DNA of 64,000 nucleotides from an uncultured bacterium (GTDB lineage Bacteria; Muiribacteriota; Ozemobacteria; Ozemobacterales; Ozemobacteraceae): NCBI GenBank assembly GCA_946407375.1, contig CAMJNS010000003.1, positions 15,170 to 79,169 of the forward strand, read 5' to 3'. Shown piece by piece: positions 45,868 to 54,966 of this stretch (position 1 is its first letter; each line of letters starts with the position of its first letter). The notes under the pieces were generated by a model. It saw only the letters and a program-made list of their open reading frames with translations, ran no database searches and was not told where the DNA came from. The position numbers and the translations under genes were made by a program.

Positions 45868-48060
45868 ATGTCATTGGAAGTGATTAGTTTATCTAGAGGT
45901 GGTTATATTATTAAGACTCCTTGTGGATGTCTTCAGATTGGTGCACCTCCTGAAACAATCAAAGACTCAATGAGTGTTCTTGGAGAAGTTCCAGACACTT
46001 TCGTCGTTCCAAATAAGATTTTTTCTGTGGAACGAGGTGTTTCTTTAGCTGATTTTGAGTTTCCTACTTACTATAATTTCTTTATAAAAAGAAGACCTGT
46101 TAGAATCATTGGTTTCGATCATCAGTTAAAGACTTGTCAGCACGTTGTTCGAGAAGCATTGTTAGGACCAGAAGTTATTAATCTTGTCAGAGAATATCCA
46201 TACGGTATTAATCGAGATTTAATTCCAAATCTTAGAGCTGAAATGGAATATTTACGTGCAGATGGCTTGTCAGGAAAACGAAAAGCTGAGTTGTCTGATA
46301 TGATTATTCCTATTTCTTGGGGTCCTAATAATCGTGTTCCTTTCGGAAATATGGCTCTTGAACGAAACAAAGATATATTAAAAGTTGTTGACGGAAGAAA
46401 TGTTTTAGCAGAAGTGCCATTAGATATTTCTTTTGGAGCAAATGTTCCTGATGTTGATTCTACAAAACCTTTTGAACCACCTCTGTTTGGATTAACAGTA
46501 ATAGGTTCTGGCTCAGGTTTTGATACCAAAGAGTTAACCAGTGGTTTTATTCTTTGGATAAATAAACGTGGTATTTTGGTTGATCCACCTGTTGATTCTA
46601 CCAAATGGCTTAAAACTATGGATATAAATCCAAGATTAATAGATGATTGTATTTTAAGCCATTGCCATGCAGACCACGATTCGGGCATTCTTCAAAAATT
46701 ATTAGAAGAAAAAAAGATTAATCTATACACTACTGAAACAGTCATGGAAAGTTTTATCAGAAAATACCAACCTTTGACTGGTTTAACTCGTAGTACTTTT
46801 ATGAGTTTGTTTAAATTCCATCCTATTAATCTACAAGTTCCAATTAGAATTAATGGTGGAGAATTTAGATTTTTCTATACTCTTCATTCTATTCCAACTA
46901 TTGGTTTCGAAGTTTATTTTCAAGGAAAAAGTTTTGTAAACTCTTCAGATTCAATGTATGACCCTAAATTCTTTAAGAAATTATATGAACGAGGGGATAT
47001 AAATCGTTTTAGAATGATTGAGCTTCAAAACTTCCCTTGGCACCATACTGTTATTTTCCATGAAGCAGGTATGCCACCTCTGCATACTCCTATGCAGAAT
47101 TTGATTGATTTACCTGATTCTGTTAAAAAACGCTTATATTTAATGCATTTAAGTGACACTAAAGTGCCAAAAGATTCTGGTTTAAAAAAGGCTCCTGATG
47201 GTAGAGAATCATCTATAATAATTCCTGTAGCTCCACCTCCAACAAATGAGGCTCTTGAATACTTAGATGTATTAAGTCATATTGATTTGTTTTCTGATTT
47301 ATCCATTGATAAAGCAAGAGAATTTTTGACTTTAGTTAAAGTCGAACATTATAAACCAGGTGATTATCTGATAAAAGAAGGTGCTATTGGTGATAGATTC
47401 TTTATGATTGTCAGCGGTAGAGCTCGTGTTGAACGTAATGGAGAAGTATTCAAAGTATATAGCAACAATGATTATATTGGCGAAACTTCAATGATTCTTA
47501 ATAAGCCTAGAAATGCTAATGTTATTGCTGAATCAGAAATGAAAGTGCTTTCTATGGATAAATACGATTTCTTATATTTTATAAGAGGTACAGAAGTTGC
47601 TCGTCGTATGAAAGTTGTTGCTCTAAATAGAGAATTTGATACATGGCAGTTGTTTGATGAAACACCAGTTTTAAAATCCCTTACTCCAACTCAGAGAACT
47701 CATCTACAGGGTATTATGAGTCGTGAGAAAATAGATGAAGGCACTATATTTGCTCATCAAGGTAGAGTTAGAAGTAAATTCTTCTTGATAGATAGTGGTG
47801 CTGTTGCTTTAGTTAGAGACGATAAAGAAATAGTTAGAGGATTGCGTGGTAGTTTTCTATTTAAAATATATGGTGATATGAGAAGGGGCGGTTATCGTTT
47901 TTCATACAAAGCTGTTGAAAACTCAGTGATTTATACAATGGATGTTTTTGAGTTCTACCATTTTTTAGAAAAGAATCCCGGTGTTTTTCTCACATTAAAG
48001 GAAATTAGGCTACGTGATTCAATAATAACCCAAGCAAACAAGGTTGATAAAAATGATTGA
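45868..48060 (+). CDS. Metallo-beta-lactamase-fold hydrolase fused to two cyclic-nucleotide-binding domains
   Basis: HxHxDH motif SHCHADHDSG. Two CNB (cAMP/cGMP-binding) beta-barrels, for example FFMIVSGRARVERNGE...IGETSMILNKPRNANVIA. Confidence 0.8.
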   Translation: MSLEVISLSRGGYIIKTPCGCLQIGAPPETIKDSMSVLGEVPDTFVVPNKIFSVERGVSLADFEFPTYYNFFIKRRPVRIIGFDHQLKTCQHVVREALLGPEVINLVREYPYGINRDLIPNLRAEMEYLRADGLSGKRKAELSDMIIPISWGPNNRVPFGNMALERNKDILKVVDGRNVLAEVPLDISFGANVPDVDSTKPFEPPLFGLTVIGSGSGFDTKELTSGFILWINKRGILVDPPVDSTKWLKTMDINPRLIDDCILSHCHADHDSGILQKLLEEKKINLYTTETVMESFIRKYQPLTGLTRSTFMSLFKFHPINLQVPIRINGGEFRFFYTLHSIPTIGFEVYFQGKSFVNSSDSMYDPKFFKKLYERGDINRFRMIELQNFPWHHTVIFHEAGMPPLHTPMQNLIDLPDSVKKRLYLMHLSDTKVPKDSGLKKAPDGRESSIIIPVAPPPTNEALEYLDVLSHIDLFSDLSIDKAREFLTLVKVEHYKPGDYLIKEGAIGDRFFMIVSGRARVERNGEVFKVYSNNDYIGETSMILNKPRNANVIAESEMKVLSMDKYDFLYFIRGTEVARRMKVVALNREFDTWQLFDETPVLKSLTPTQRTHLQGIMSREKIDEGTIFAHQGRVRSKFFLIDSGAVALVRDDKEIVRGLRGSFLFKIYGDMRRGGYRFSYKAVENSVIYTMDVFEFYHFLEKNPGVFLTLKEIRLRDSIITQANKVDKND

Positions 48061-49003
48061 TAAGTTTCAAGCGAGTATGCTTGGTTATGCTATTGGCGAT
48101 GCTTTGGCATCTCCAATAGAAGATGTTATAAGATTCCCTGAAGATGGCGAAGAAATAATAAAATATTATACGAAAGCTTCAATATCACATCCTTTATCTC
48201 ATCTTGTGCCTGGTCAATATTCTGATGAAACACAATTGATGCTTTTGATTGCAAGAAGTCTTTCTGATTGTGGATGTTTTTCAATAAAAGATTTAGAGAA
48301 AAAATTTATTGATTGGTTTCACTCACAAAAAAAGAGATCGGAATGGAGATTTCCCGGGAATACGGTTATGACTGCATGCAGAAAGCTTGCTGCTGGTGCA
48401 ACCTGGGAAACATCAGGTCTATTGTCAGCAGGAAGTAATGCTGTTGGTAGGACTCTTCCATACGCTTTAGCTTTTAGCAAATCAGCAACGATGTTAAAAA
48501 GTAGCATAGATAAATCTTGTCGCTTAAGCCACACAGATTCACGTTGCTTAGGAACTTCTCTTGCTTTAGCAGCAGTAATAAATATGGGACTATCCGGTGA
48601 AGAATTTTCTGTTGATATTATATGTAATAGAGCCATAGAGAAAGCTCAACCCTATGTAATTGAAATGGGAAGGAAGCTAAGAATAGTTAAAGATTCTTTA
48701 AAGCTTGATTCAAAAAGAGCTATTTCTAATATAGGAAATAGTGGTTATTGTGTGGATTGCTTTGCTTCAGCCCTTTATTGGTTTTTGAGAGCTGAAGGCA
48801 AATTTGACAATATGATAATTGGTGCTGCTAATTGTGGTGGAGATTCAGATGCTATTGCAGCTATGGCTGGCGGTATGTTTGGAGCTTGGTTTGGATTAAG
48901 TGCTATTCCTGAAAAATGGTTTGAAAAATTAGAGGGGTATGAAGAAATAAAACAACTAGCTTGTAATATTTACCGTATTGCTATTCCTGAAACAAATGTT
49001 TGA
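48053..49003 (+). CDS. ADP-ribosylglycohydrolase-family protein (DraG/ARH-like)
   Basis: N-terminal GYAIGDALASPIE and C-terminal GGDSDAIAAMAGGMFGAWFG are family signatures. The ATG at 48053 overlaps the upstream stop (ATGATTGA). Confidence 0.85.
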   Translation: MIDKFQASMLGYAIGDALASPIEDVIRFPEDGEEIIKYYTKASISHPLSHLVPGQYSDETQLMLLIARSLSDCGCFSIKDLEKKFIDWFHSQKKRSEWRFPGNTVMTACRKLAAGATWETSGLLSAGSNAVGRTLPYALAFSKSATMLKSSIDKSCRLSHTDSRCLGTSLALAAVINMGLSGEEFSVDIICNRAIEKAQPYVIEMGRKLRIVKDSLKLDSKRAISNIGNSGYCVDCFASALYWFLRAEGKFDNMIIGAANCGGDSDAIAAMAGGMFGAWFGLSAIPEKWFEKLEGYEEIKQLACNIYRIAIPETNV

Positions 49004-49005
49004 AT

Positions 49006-49467
49006 ATGAGCAATATAGATGAAAAAAAATGGATTTTTGCTGTAGATCCAGGGTCAGATAAAGTTGGTTATGCAGTTGTAAACCTAGACTATACTCATGG
49101 TGATTTGGGTATAGGTTATCTCGAAGATATGCATAGAGTTTTTGCAAAATATTGTCGAGATACTAAAAATCCTCCTTTATTTATTGTTATGGGAAATGGC
49201 ACAAAATGTGCTGTTTTATGCAAACTTTTTAATAGTTTAGAACTAGACATAGAAATAAAACTTGGTGACGAAAAAAATACTACATTTATGGCAAGATCTA
49301 TATATTTTAAAGAAAATCCTCCTAAAGGAATTTGGAAATTTATACCGATAAGTATGCAGTTTCCTCCAAGACCTATAGATGATTACGCTGCTTTATTAAT
49401 TGGTGAGAACTATTTAAAAAAGAATAATCTTGGAGATGCAGTAGTAAAAGATGAAGGCAAAATTTAA
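49006..49467 (+). CDS. RuvX/YqgF-like RNase H-fold protein (putative nuclease)
   Basis: IFAVDPGSDKVGYAVV, GDEKNTTFMARS and IDDYAALLIGENYL parallel the YqgF blocks LDxGxKRIGxA, DERLTT and IDxxAAxxILQxYL. Confidence 0.5.
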   Translation: MSNIDEKKWIFAVDPGSDKVGYAVVNLDYTHGDLGIGYLEDMHRVFAKYCRDTKNPPLFIVMGNGTKCAVLCKLFNSLELDIEIKLGDEKNTTFMARSIYFKENPPKGIWKFIPISMQFPPRPIDDYAALLIGENYLKKNNLGDAVVKDEGKI

Positions 49468-51253
49468 TATTTTTTTTATTATATTAAGTTCTGTTTTATC
49501 TATTTGGCTAGGATTCTTTGCTTTTGATGTGCCAACCATGATTGTGTATTACCAAAAATCAGTTTATTGGTTTTTAACAATTAGTTTATTTCTTTGGTTA
49601 GATACATTAATAGATGCATTTATGGGGTTAGAAAACCAGAGGGTAAAATCAATTTATTGTTTTGTGATAAGTAAAATAAGCGTTTTTTTTAAGCAACATT
49701 GGATTGCAATGGTTTTATCGTTGATATTAATGACGATTGGAACTATATCTTGTAAACCTTATTTTAGAGTATTAGCTGATGAAACTAATCTTGTATCAAT
49801 TTCACAATCTTTATATGAAAGCAAGGAAACACACTTAACTATTTCTTCTTTTGATTATCCGTTTTCGCAAAAAGATATTTTGCAAGATAAGATTGAAAAA
49901 AGACCCGCATTTTTCCCTTATTTATTAAATTTAATTCATACTATAACAGGTTATAGAGCAGAAAATGTGTTTGTGTTTAATTTTATAATAGGGTTTTTAT
50001 CATTATTTTTGGTCTATTATTTGATTTATATAATTTGGGGTAAATATTGGGGATTATTAGGGGCTATATCATTAGTTTCTTATCCTTTATTTATTATGTA
50101 TGTTAACTCTGCTGGATTTGAAGTATTTAACCTGTTATGTTCTTTGATTCTTTTCTTATGTCTTTTTTATTATATTAAAAAACCTATTGCAATAACTGCT
50201 GAAGTATTATTATTTTTTGTTCCTTTGATTTCTCAAAGTCGTTATGAATCAATTCTTTCATTTTTTGTTGCAGTTCCAGTAATTCTCTATCTTTTGCCTA
50301 AACAAGAATATTCTAGATTAAGCAATAAAATTTATTGTTTCCCTTTATTGTTTATTGCACCTGTTTGGCTAAGATTGACTACAAATAATGCTTATTCTTG
50401 GCAGGTAGATAATTTACAAGAAGGATTTGGTTTTAATTGGTTTATAATCAATTTGAATAAAGCTTTCAATTTCTATTTTTCAGGAAATACAGTTTATGGA
50501 ATTATTCCAATTATTAGTTTTTTAGCTGTAATAGGTTTTGTTATATTTGTTTATAATAATTTCTTAAAAGAAAATCTTTCTGTAGAAAAAGAACAGAGAA
50601 GTAATTTCAAAATATATTCTTTTTTTGTTTTTGTTTTTTATCTTTTACATGCAGTTGTAAGATTCTTTTATTCTTGGATAGATTTGACTAATCCTATTAT
50701 TAGTAGGCTTGGTATAGTTTTTTTACCTTTATTTATATTTATGTCTATTTATTTTCTTATTTCGTTTGTAAACAAATTTCAGGTTAATAAATATATTTTT
50801 GGACTTATATATTTTACAATCTTTTTATTTTATCTTCCTGATGCCGTAAAATTGACTAATTTTGCTTTTAGAAATTATGAATTATTATTAGATATGAAAA
50901 CAACAGTTGATTATTTAGAAACTAATTTTCCAAACAAAAGAGAATACATTGTTATTAGAGAAAGACCCAATTTGCTTACACCCTTAGGATACAATGCTGT
51001 TGGTTTTGATAATTATAATTCAGATATATTAAAGCCAATAATTAATAATTACTATGATGAAAAATATTGTTTGTATTTTCTAATTGTTCAAATTATTGAT
51101 TTGAAAACGAATCTACCTTTAGATGGGTATAAAATACCTATTGGTGCAGAACAAAAAGTGGTATATGAAAAATTCTTAATGCAAGACCATTTGCTGAGAA
51201 TATCCCGTTATATACCAGATAAATCTGTTTTAGGCAAAGAGGCTGAATTATGA
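49451..51253 (+). CDS. GT-C-fold-like polytopic membrane glycosyltransferase, paralog 1
   Basis: 600 aa with ~12 TM segments. The first-loop motif FRVLADETNLVS and DKRPAFFPY...GYRAENVF resemble ArnT/PMT-type GT-C loops. Overlaps both neighbours. Confidence 0.55.
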   Translation: MKAKFNIFFIILSSVLSIWLGFFAFDVPTMIVYYQKSVYWFLTISLFLWLDTLIDAFMGLENQRVKSIYCFVISKISVFFKQHWIAMVLSLILMTIGTISCKPYFRVLADETNLVSISQSLYESKETHLTISSFDYPFSQKDILQDKIEKRPAFFPYLLNLIHTITGYRAENVFVFNFIIGFLSLFLVYYLIYIIWGKYWGLLGAISLVSYPLFIMYVNSAGFEVFNLLCSLILFLCLFYYIKKPIAITAEVLLFFVPLISQSRYESILSFFVAVPVILYLLPKQEYSRLSNKIYCFPLLFIAPVWLRLTTNNAYSWQVDNLQEGFGFNWFIINLNKAFNFYFSGNTVYGIIPIISFLAVIGFVIFVYNNFLKENLSVEKEQRSNFKIYSFFVFVFYLLHAVVRFFYSWIDLTNPIISRLGIVFLPLFIFMSIYFLISFVNKFQVNKYIFGLIYFTIFLFYLPDAVKLTNFAFRNYELLLDMKTTVDYLETNFPNKREYIVIRERPNLLTPLGYNAVGFDNYNSDILKPIINNYYDEKYCLYFLIVQIIDLKTNLPLDGYKIPIGAEQKVVYEKFLMQDHLLRISRYIPDKSVLGKEAEL

Positions 51254-53094
51254 TATTGAGCTATATAAATATTATTTTAACAATAATCACCGTTTTTCTT
51301 TCGTTTTTTTGGGGGTTGAAATTGCCTGAAGAAACAATGAGAAAACTCTACATTGATTATATTTATTATATTTTATTATTTAATGTTATATTTTGGATAT
51401 TTTCTTTTATTAGAACTAGAAAAAAAAGTTTTATTGAAGATATTGCTAGTTATTGGAAAAATCATAAATTAGCTGTTTTTATAGCTTTAATTCTTGTTGT
51501 ATTAGGAACAATTGTATCTAAGCCTGATTTTAGAATTTTAGCAGATGAAACAAATCTTTTGACTGTTTCTCAGGCTTTATACGAGAATAGAGAATGTAAG
51601 AATTATACATCTGTTTTGTATTATTATTTTGGTTTCAAAAATGTTATTAGAGCTGAACTAGATAAAAGACCTGCTTTATTTCCTTTAACTGTTAGTTTTT
51701 TACATTCTTTTACTGGTTATAGACCTGAAAATATTTTTATAACAAACATTATTACTGCATTCTTCACATTACTATTCCTTTACCATTTAATTAATTATAA
51801 ATTTGGTAAATTCTGGGGAATATGTTCGATGTTGCTTTTATCTTCATATCCTATTTTTGTTTTATATTATACTTCTGGTGGATTTGAAGTTTTTAATCTT
51901 CTTTTCTCTTTAATACTATTTTGGTTATTGCTAATGTTTATAAAAGAACCAACAGCGATTAATGCAGAAGCTTTATTATTATTTCTACCTTTAATTAGCC
52001 AGACAAGATATGAATCTGTAACCGCAGTAATTTGTGTTCTTCCTGTGATTTTCTTATTGTTGACAAAATCAGAGTATTTAAAATTTTCTTATAAACTCAT
52101 TTTAACTCCTTTATTTTTTATTCCTGTAATTTGGTTAAGACTTTTAACTTTTAATATGAAGGCTTTAGAAGCCGAAGACAAGGGAAGTGCTTTTTCATTT
52201 AACTTTTTTAAAGCTAATTTAGAAAAAGCAGGTATGTTTTTTATTGGAAAAGATTTAGCATTTGGTGCAGTTCCTATTGTTACATATATTGCAATTGTGG
52301 GGATAATATGGGCTACAATAGATTTGATGATTAAAAAGAATACTGCTTCTGAATATGAGAATTCATTGAAATACTCAGACGATTATGGAAATACAGATTC
52401 AGAATATGATGTTTCTAGAAAAGAAAAAAACACAAATGATTTTCATGGTAATAAAGATATTATGAAACAGATTCTTTTTGTGGTTTCTTTAACTCTTTTC
52501 TATATTTTTCACGCTGTAATTAGATTTGCTTTTTGGGGTGGTGATTTTACAATGAGAACCAGCTCAAGGTTAGCTATTATTTTCTTGCCTCTTTTTGTAT
52601 ATTTTACAATTATATTTTGTCACAAACTTTGTTCAAAGTTTAAGATTAGGGAATCTTATATATTATTAGGCGTGTTAACTTTGATGTTTGTTTATTTACC
52701 TGTAGCAGGACAAAACCTTGGAGTTAGAGATTTGACTTTGTATAGAGAGTTTAGGGCTACACGTGAGTATTTGAAGGAATATTTGCCAAATAAGAATGAG
52801 TATATTTTGGTTGCAGATAGATCAAATTTATATGTTCCTTTAAAATATAACAGTATAAGTTTTGATTACTTAAATGATAGATTTAATACAGTGTCTAATA
52901 ACTTTTATAATAGAACATATAGTTATTTAATAGTTGCTCAGCTAATCAAAAAGGATACTAATATGCCAATACCTGGTTGCAGAGTTCCTAAGGAACTAAA
53001 ACTAAAGACTTTATATGAAACTCAAATAATGGTTGATCAGTATTTAAGAATATCTGAGTGTTATTTTGATCTTAACAAAGGTATGAACAAATGA
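51250..53094 (+). CDS. GT-C-fold-like polytopic membrane glycosyltransferase, paralog 2
   Basis: Collinear with paralog 1 (FRILADETNLLT, DKRPALFPL, GYRPENIF, SQTRYES). ATGA overlaps at both ends. Confidence 0.55.
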   Translation: MILSYINIILTIITVFLSFFWGLKLPEETMRKLYIDYIYYILLFNVIFWIFSFIRTRKKSFIEDIASYWKNHKLAVFIALILVVLGTIVSKPDFRILADETNLLTVSQALYENRECKNYTSVLYYYFGFKNVIRAELDKRPALFPLTVSFLHSFTGYRPENIFITNIITAFFTLLFLYHLINYKFGKFWGICSMLLLSSYPIFVLYYTSGGFEVFNLLFSLILFWLLLMFIKEPTAINAEALLLFLPLISQTRYESVTAVICVLPVIFLLLTKSEYLKFSYKLILTPLFFIPVIWLRLLTFNMKALEAEDKGSAFSFNFFKANLEKAGMFFIGKDLAFGAVPIVTYIAIVGIIWATIDLMIKKNTASEYENSLKYSDDYGNTDSEYDVSRKEKNTNDFHGNKDIMKQILFVVSLTLFYIFHAVIRFAFWGGDFTMRTSSRLAIIFLPLFVYFTIIFCHKLCSKFKIRESYILLGVLTLMFVYLPVAGQNLGVRDLTLYREFRATREYLKEYLPNKNEYILVADRSNLYVPLKYNSISFDYLNDRFNTVSNNFYNRTYSYLIVAQLIKKDTNMPIPGCRVPKELKLKTLYETQIMVDQYLRISECYFDLNKGMNK

Positions 53095-54884
53095 AAAACA
53101 TTGTAATATTTTCATTTGTTGGTATTTTAGCTATTATTTTAGGCTTTTTACAATTTGATTATTTGTTAATAGATTTATACACGAAAACAGTGTTTTATTT
53201 TCATTCTATCACTCTCTTTTTTTGGATAATTTGTTTTTTTAAAGTAATTTTATTTAATAACGAAGGAAAAATAGAGAAAGAAGTCTTTTATACTAAAATT
53301 AAAAGTTTTTTTGAATATCATTGGTTTGCTCTTATACTTTCAGTTCTGTTAATGATATTGGGTATTTTTGCTTGTAAACCAGATTTCAGAATTCTTGCTG
53401 ATGAAACAAATTTAGTATCTGATTCTCAAACTTTATATGAAAAAAGAGAATGTTATATTGTTTATTCTTCTTTAAATAGAAACTTAGGAGAAAAGCGATT
53501 AATTAGGATTGGTATTGATAAAAGACCAGCATTTTTCCCTTATTTTTTAAGTTTGGTTCATACCGTATTAGGATACAAAGCTGAAAATGTTTTTATTTTA
53601 AATTTTATTTTTGGCGTTCTTTCTTTATTCTTAATTTATTATCTAATTCAGATTTATAAAGGTCGTTTTTGGGGAATTTGTGGATTATGTTGCTTGTCGG
53701 CCTATCCAATTTTCTTGCTTTATGCAAATTCGGCGGGCTTCGACTTGTTTAATATGTTTTGTTCACTGGTTTTATTGGTTTTAATTTATAAATTTATTGA
53801 GCAACGAAAAGCTTCTTTTGCAGAAGTTCTTTTGCTATGGTTGCCAATTATTGGACAAAGCCGATATGAATCAATTCTATCTGTTTTTATTGTATTACCC
53901 CTTATATTTTATTGGTTACCTAAATCAGAATATTCAAAATTAACTTATAAAACTTGGTTATTCCCTCTTTTATTGCTACCTTCAGCTTGGCTTTTTAGAA
54001 TAACAAACGACCCTTCCTTTTGGCAGGTTGATAAGTTAGAAGAAGGTTTTGGATTAAACTGGTTATGTAATAATACTATTCAGGCTTTTGTTTTCTTCTT
54101 ATCTGGTGAAGAAGCTTATGGGATAATTCCTATTTTAAGTATTTTGGGAATAATTGGTTTTATCATTTTTGTATTAGATATATTTAGAAAAGAAACGAAT
54201 CTGTCATTTGGTTGTTTAGATACTAAGTCTACTCGATTATTTGTTGTTGCTTTTTTATTGTTTTATTTCCTTCATTCTATTGCTAAGTTTTCTTATAGTT
54301 GGACAGATTTTACAGATGTAATAATAAGTAGACAAAGTTTGATTTTTTTACCATTCATTGTAATAATGGCAATTCATTTTTTATCTGAATGCAATAAAAA
54401 GTATGGTTTAAAGAAATCATATTGTGCTTTATCTGCAATTTTTCTTGTTTTTATATATTGGCCTGATGCAGGCAATAATTGTGGAGTAAAAACAAATGAA
54501 TTATATAACGAATTTAAAGAGGGTAGAAAATATCTACAAGCCTATTTCCCAAATAAAAAAGATTATATTTGCATAGTAGAAAGACCAGGTTTGTTTGTGC
54601 CGTTAGGTTATAGTGCGATAAGCTTAAATAGTGATTTACCTAATGCAAATAATAAAAATCCTGATAAAACAAAGGAAGAATATAAAAATAATAATTTAAA
54701 ATTGATAGTTGATTTTTATAAAAGAAAAATTTGTTCATATTTTATATTGATACAAAATATTGATAAAAAGACAAAAGAACCACTATTTGCTTTACCTGAT
54801 GGGTTTAAAGAAGAAGTTCTTTGTGAATACCAGTTTTTCCCAGAACGTTTGCTTAGATTTTCAAAAATAACAATAACTGATTGA
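53091..54884 (+). CDS. GT-C-fold-like polytopic membrane glycosyltransferase, paralog 3
   Basis: Collinear with paralogs 1 and 2 (FRILADETNLVS, DKRPAFFPY, GYKAENVF, GQSRYES). Confidence 0.55.
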   Translation: MKNIVIFSFVGILAIILGFLQFDYLLIDLYTKTVFYFHSITLFFWIICFFKVILFNNEGKIEKEVFYTKIKSFFEYHWFALILSVLLMILGIFACKPDFRILADETNLVSDSQTLYEKRECYIVYSSLNRNLGEKRLIRIGIDKRPAFFPYFLSLVHTVLGYKAENVFILNFIFGVLSLFLIYYLIQIYKGRFWGICGLCCLSAYPIFLLYANSAGFDLFNMFCSLVLLVLIYKFIEQRKASFAEVLLLWLPIIGQSRYESILSVFIVLPLIFYWLPKSEYSKLTYKTWLFPLLLLPSAWLFRITNDPSFWQVDKLEEGFGLNWLCNNTIQAFVFFLSGEEAYGIIPILSILGIIGFIIFVLDIFRKETNLSFGCLDTKSTRLFVVAFLLFYFLHSIAKFSYSWTDFTDVIISRQSLIFLPFIVIMAIHFLSECNKKYGLKKSYCALSAIFLVFIYWPDAGNNCGVKTNELYNEFKEGRKYLQAYFPNKKDYICIVERPGLFVPLGYSAISLNSDLPNANNKNPDKTKEEYKNNNLKLIVDFYKRKICSYFILIQNIDKKTKEPLFALPDGFKEEVLCEYQFFPERLLRFSKITITD

Positions 54885-54966
54885 TTTTTCTTTTCATTTA
54901 GATTTTACTGTTTTATAATATTTTTGTTGTATGTAGCCTTGATTAGGGAAAGGAATAAAAACAGGA

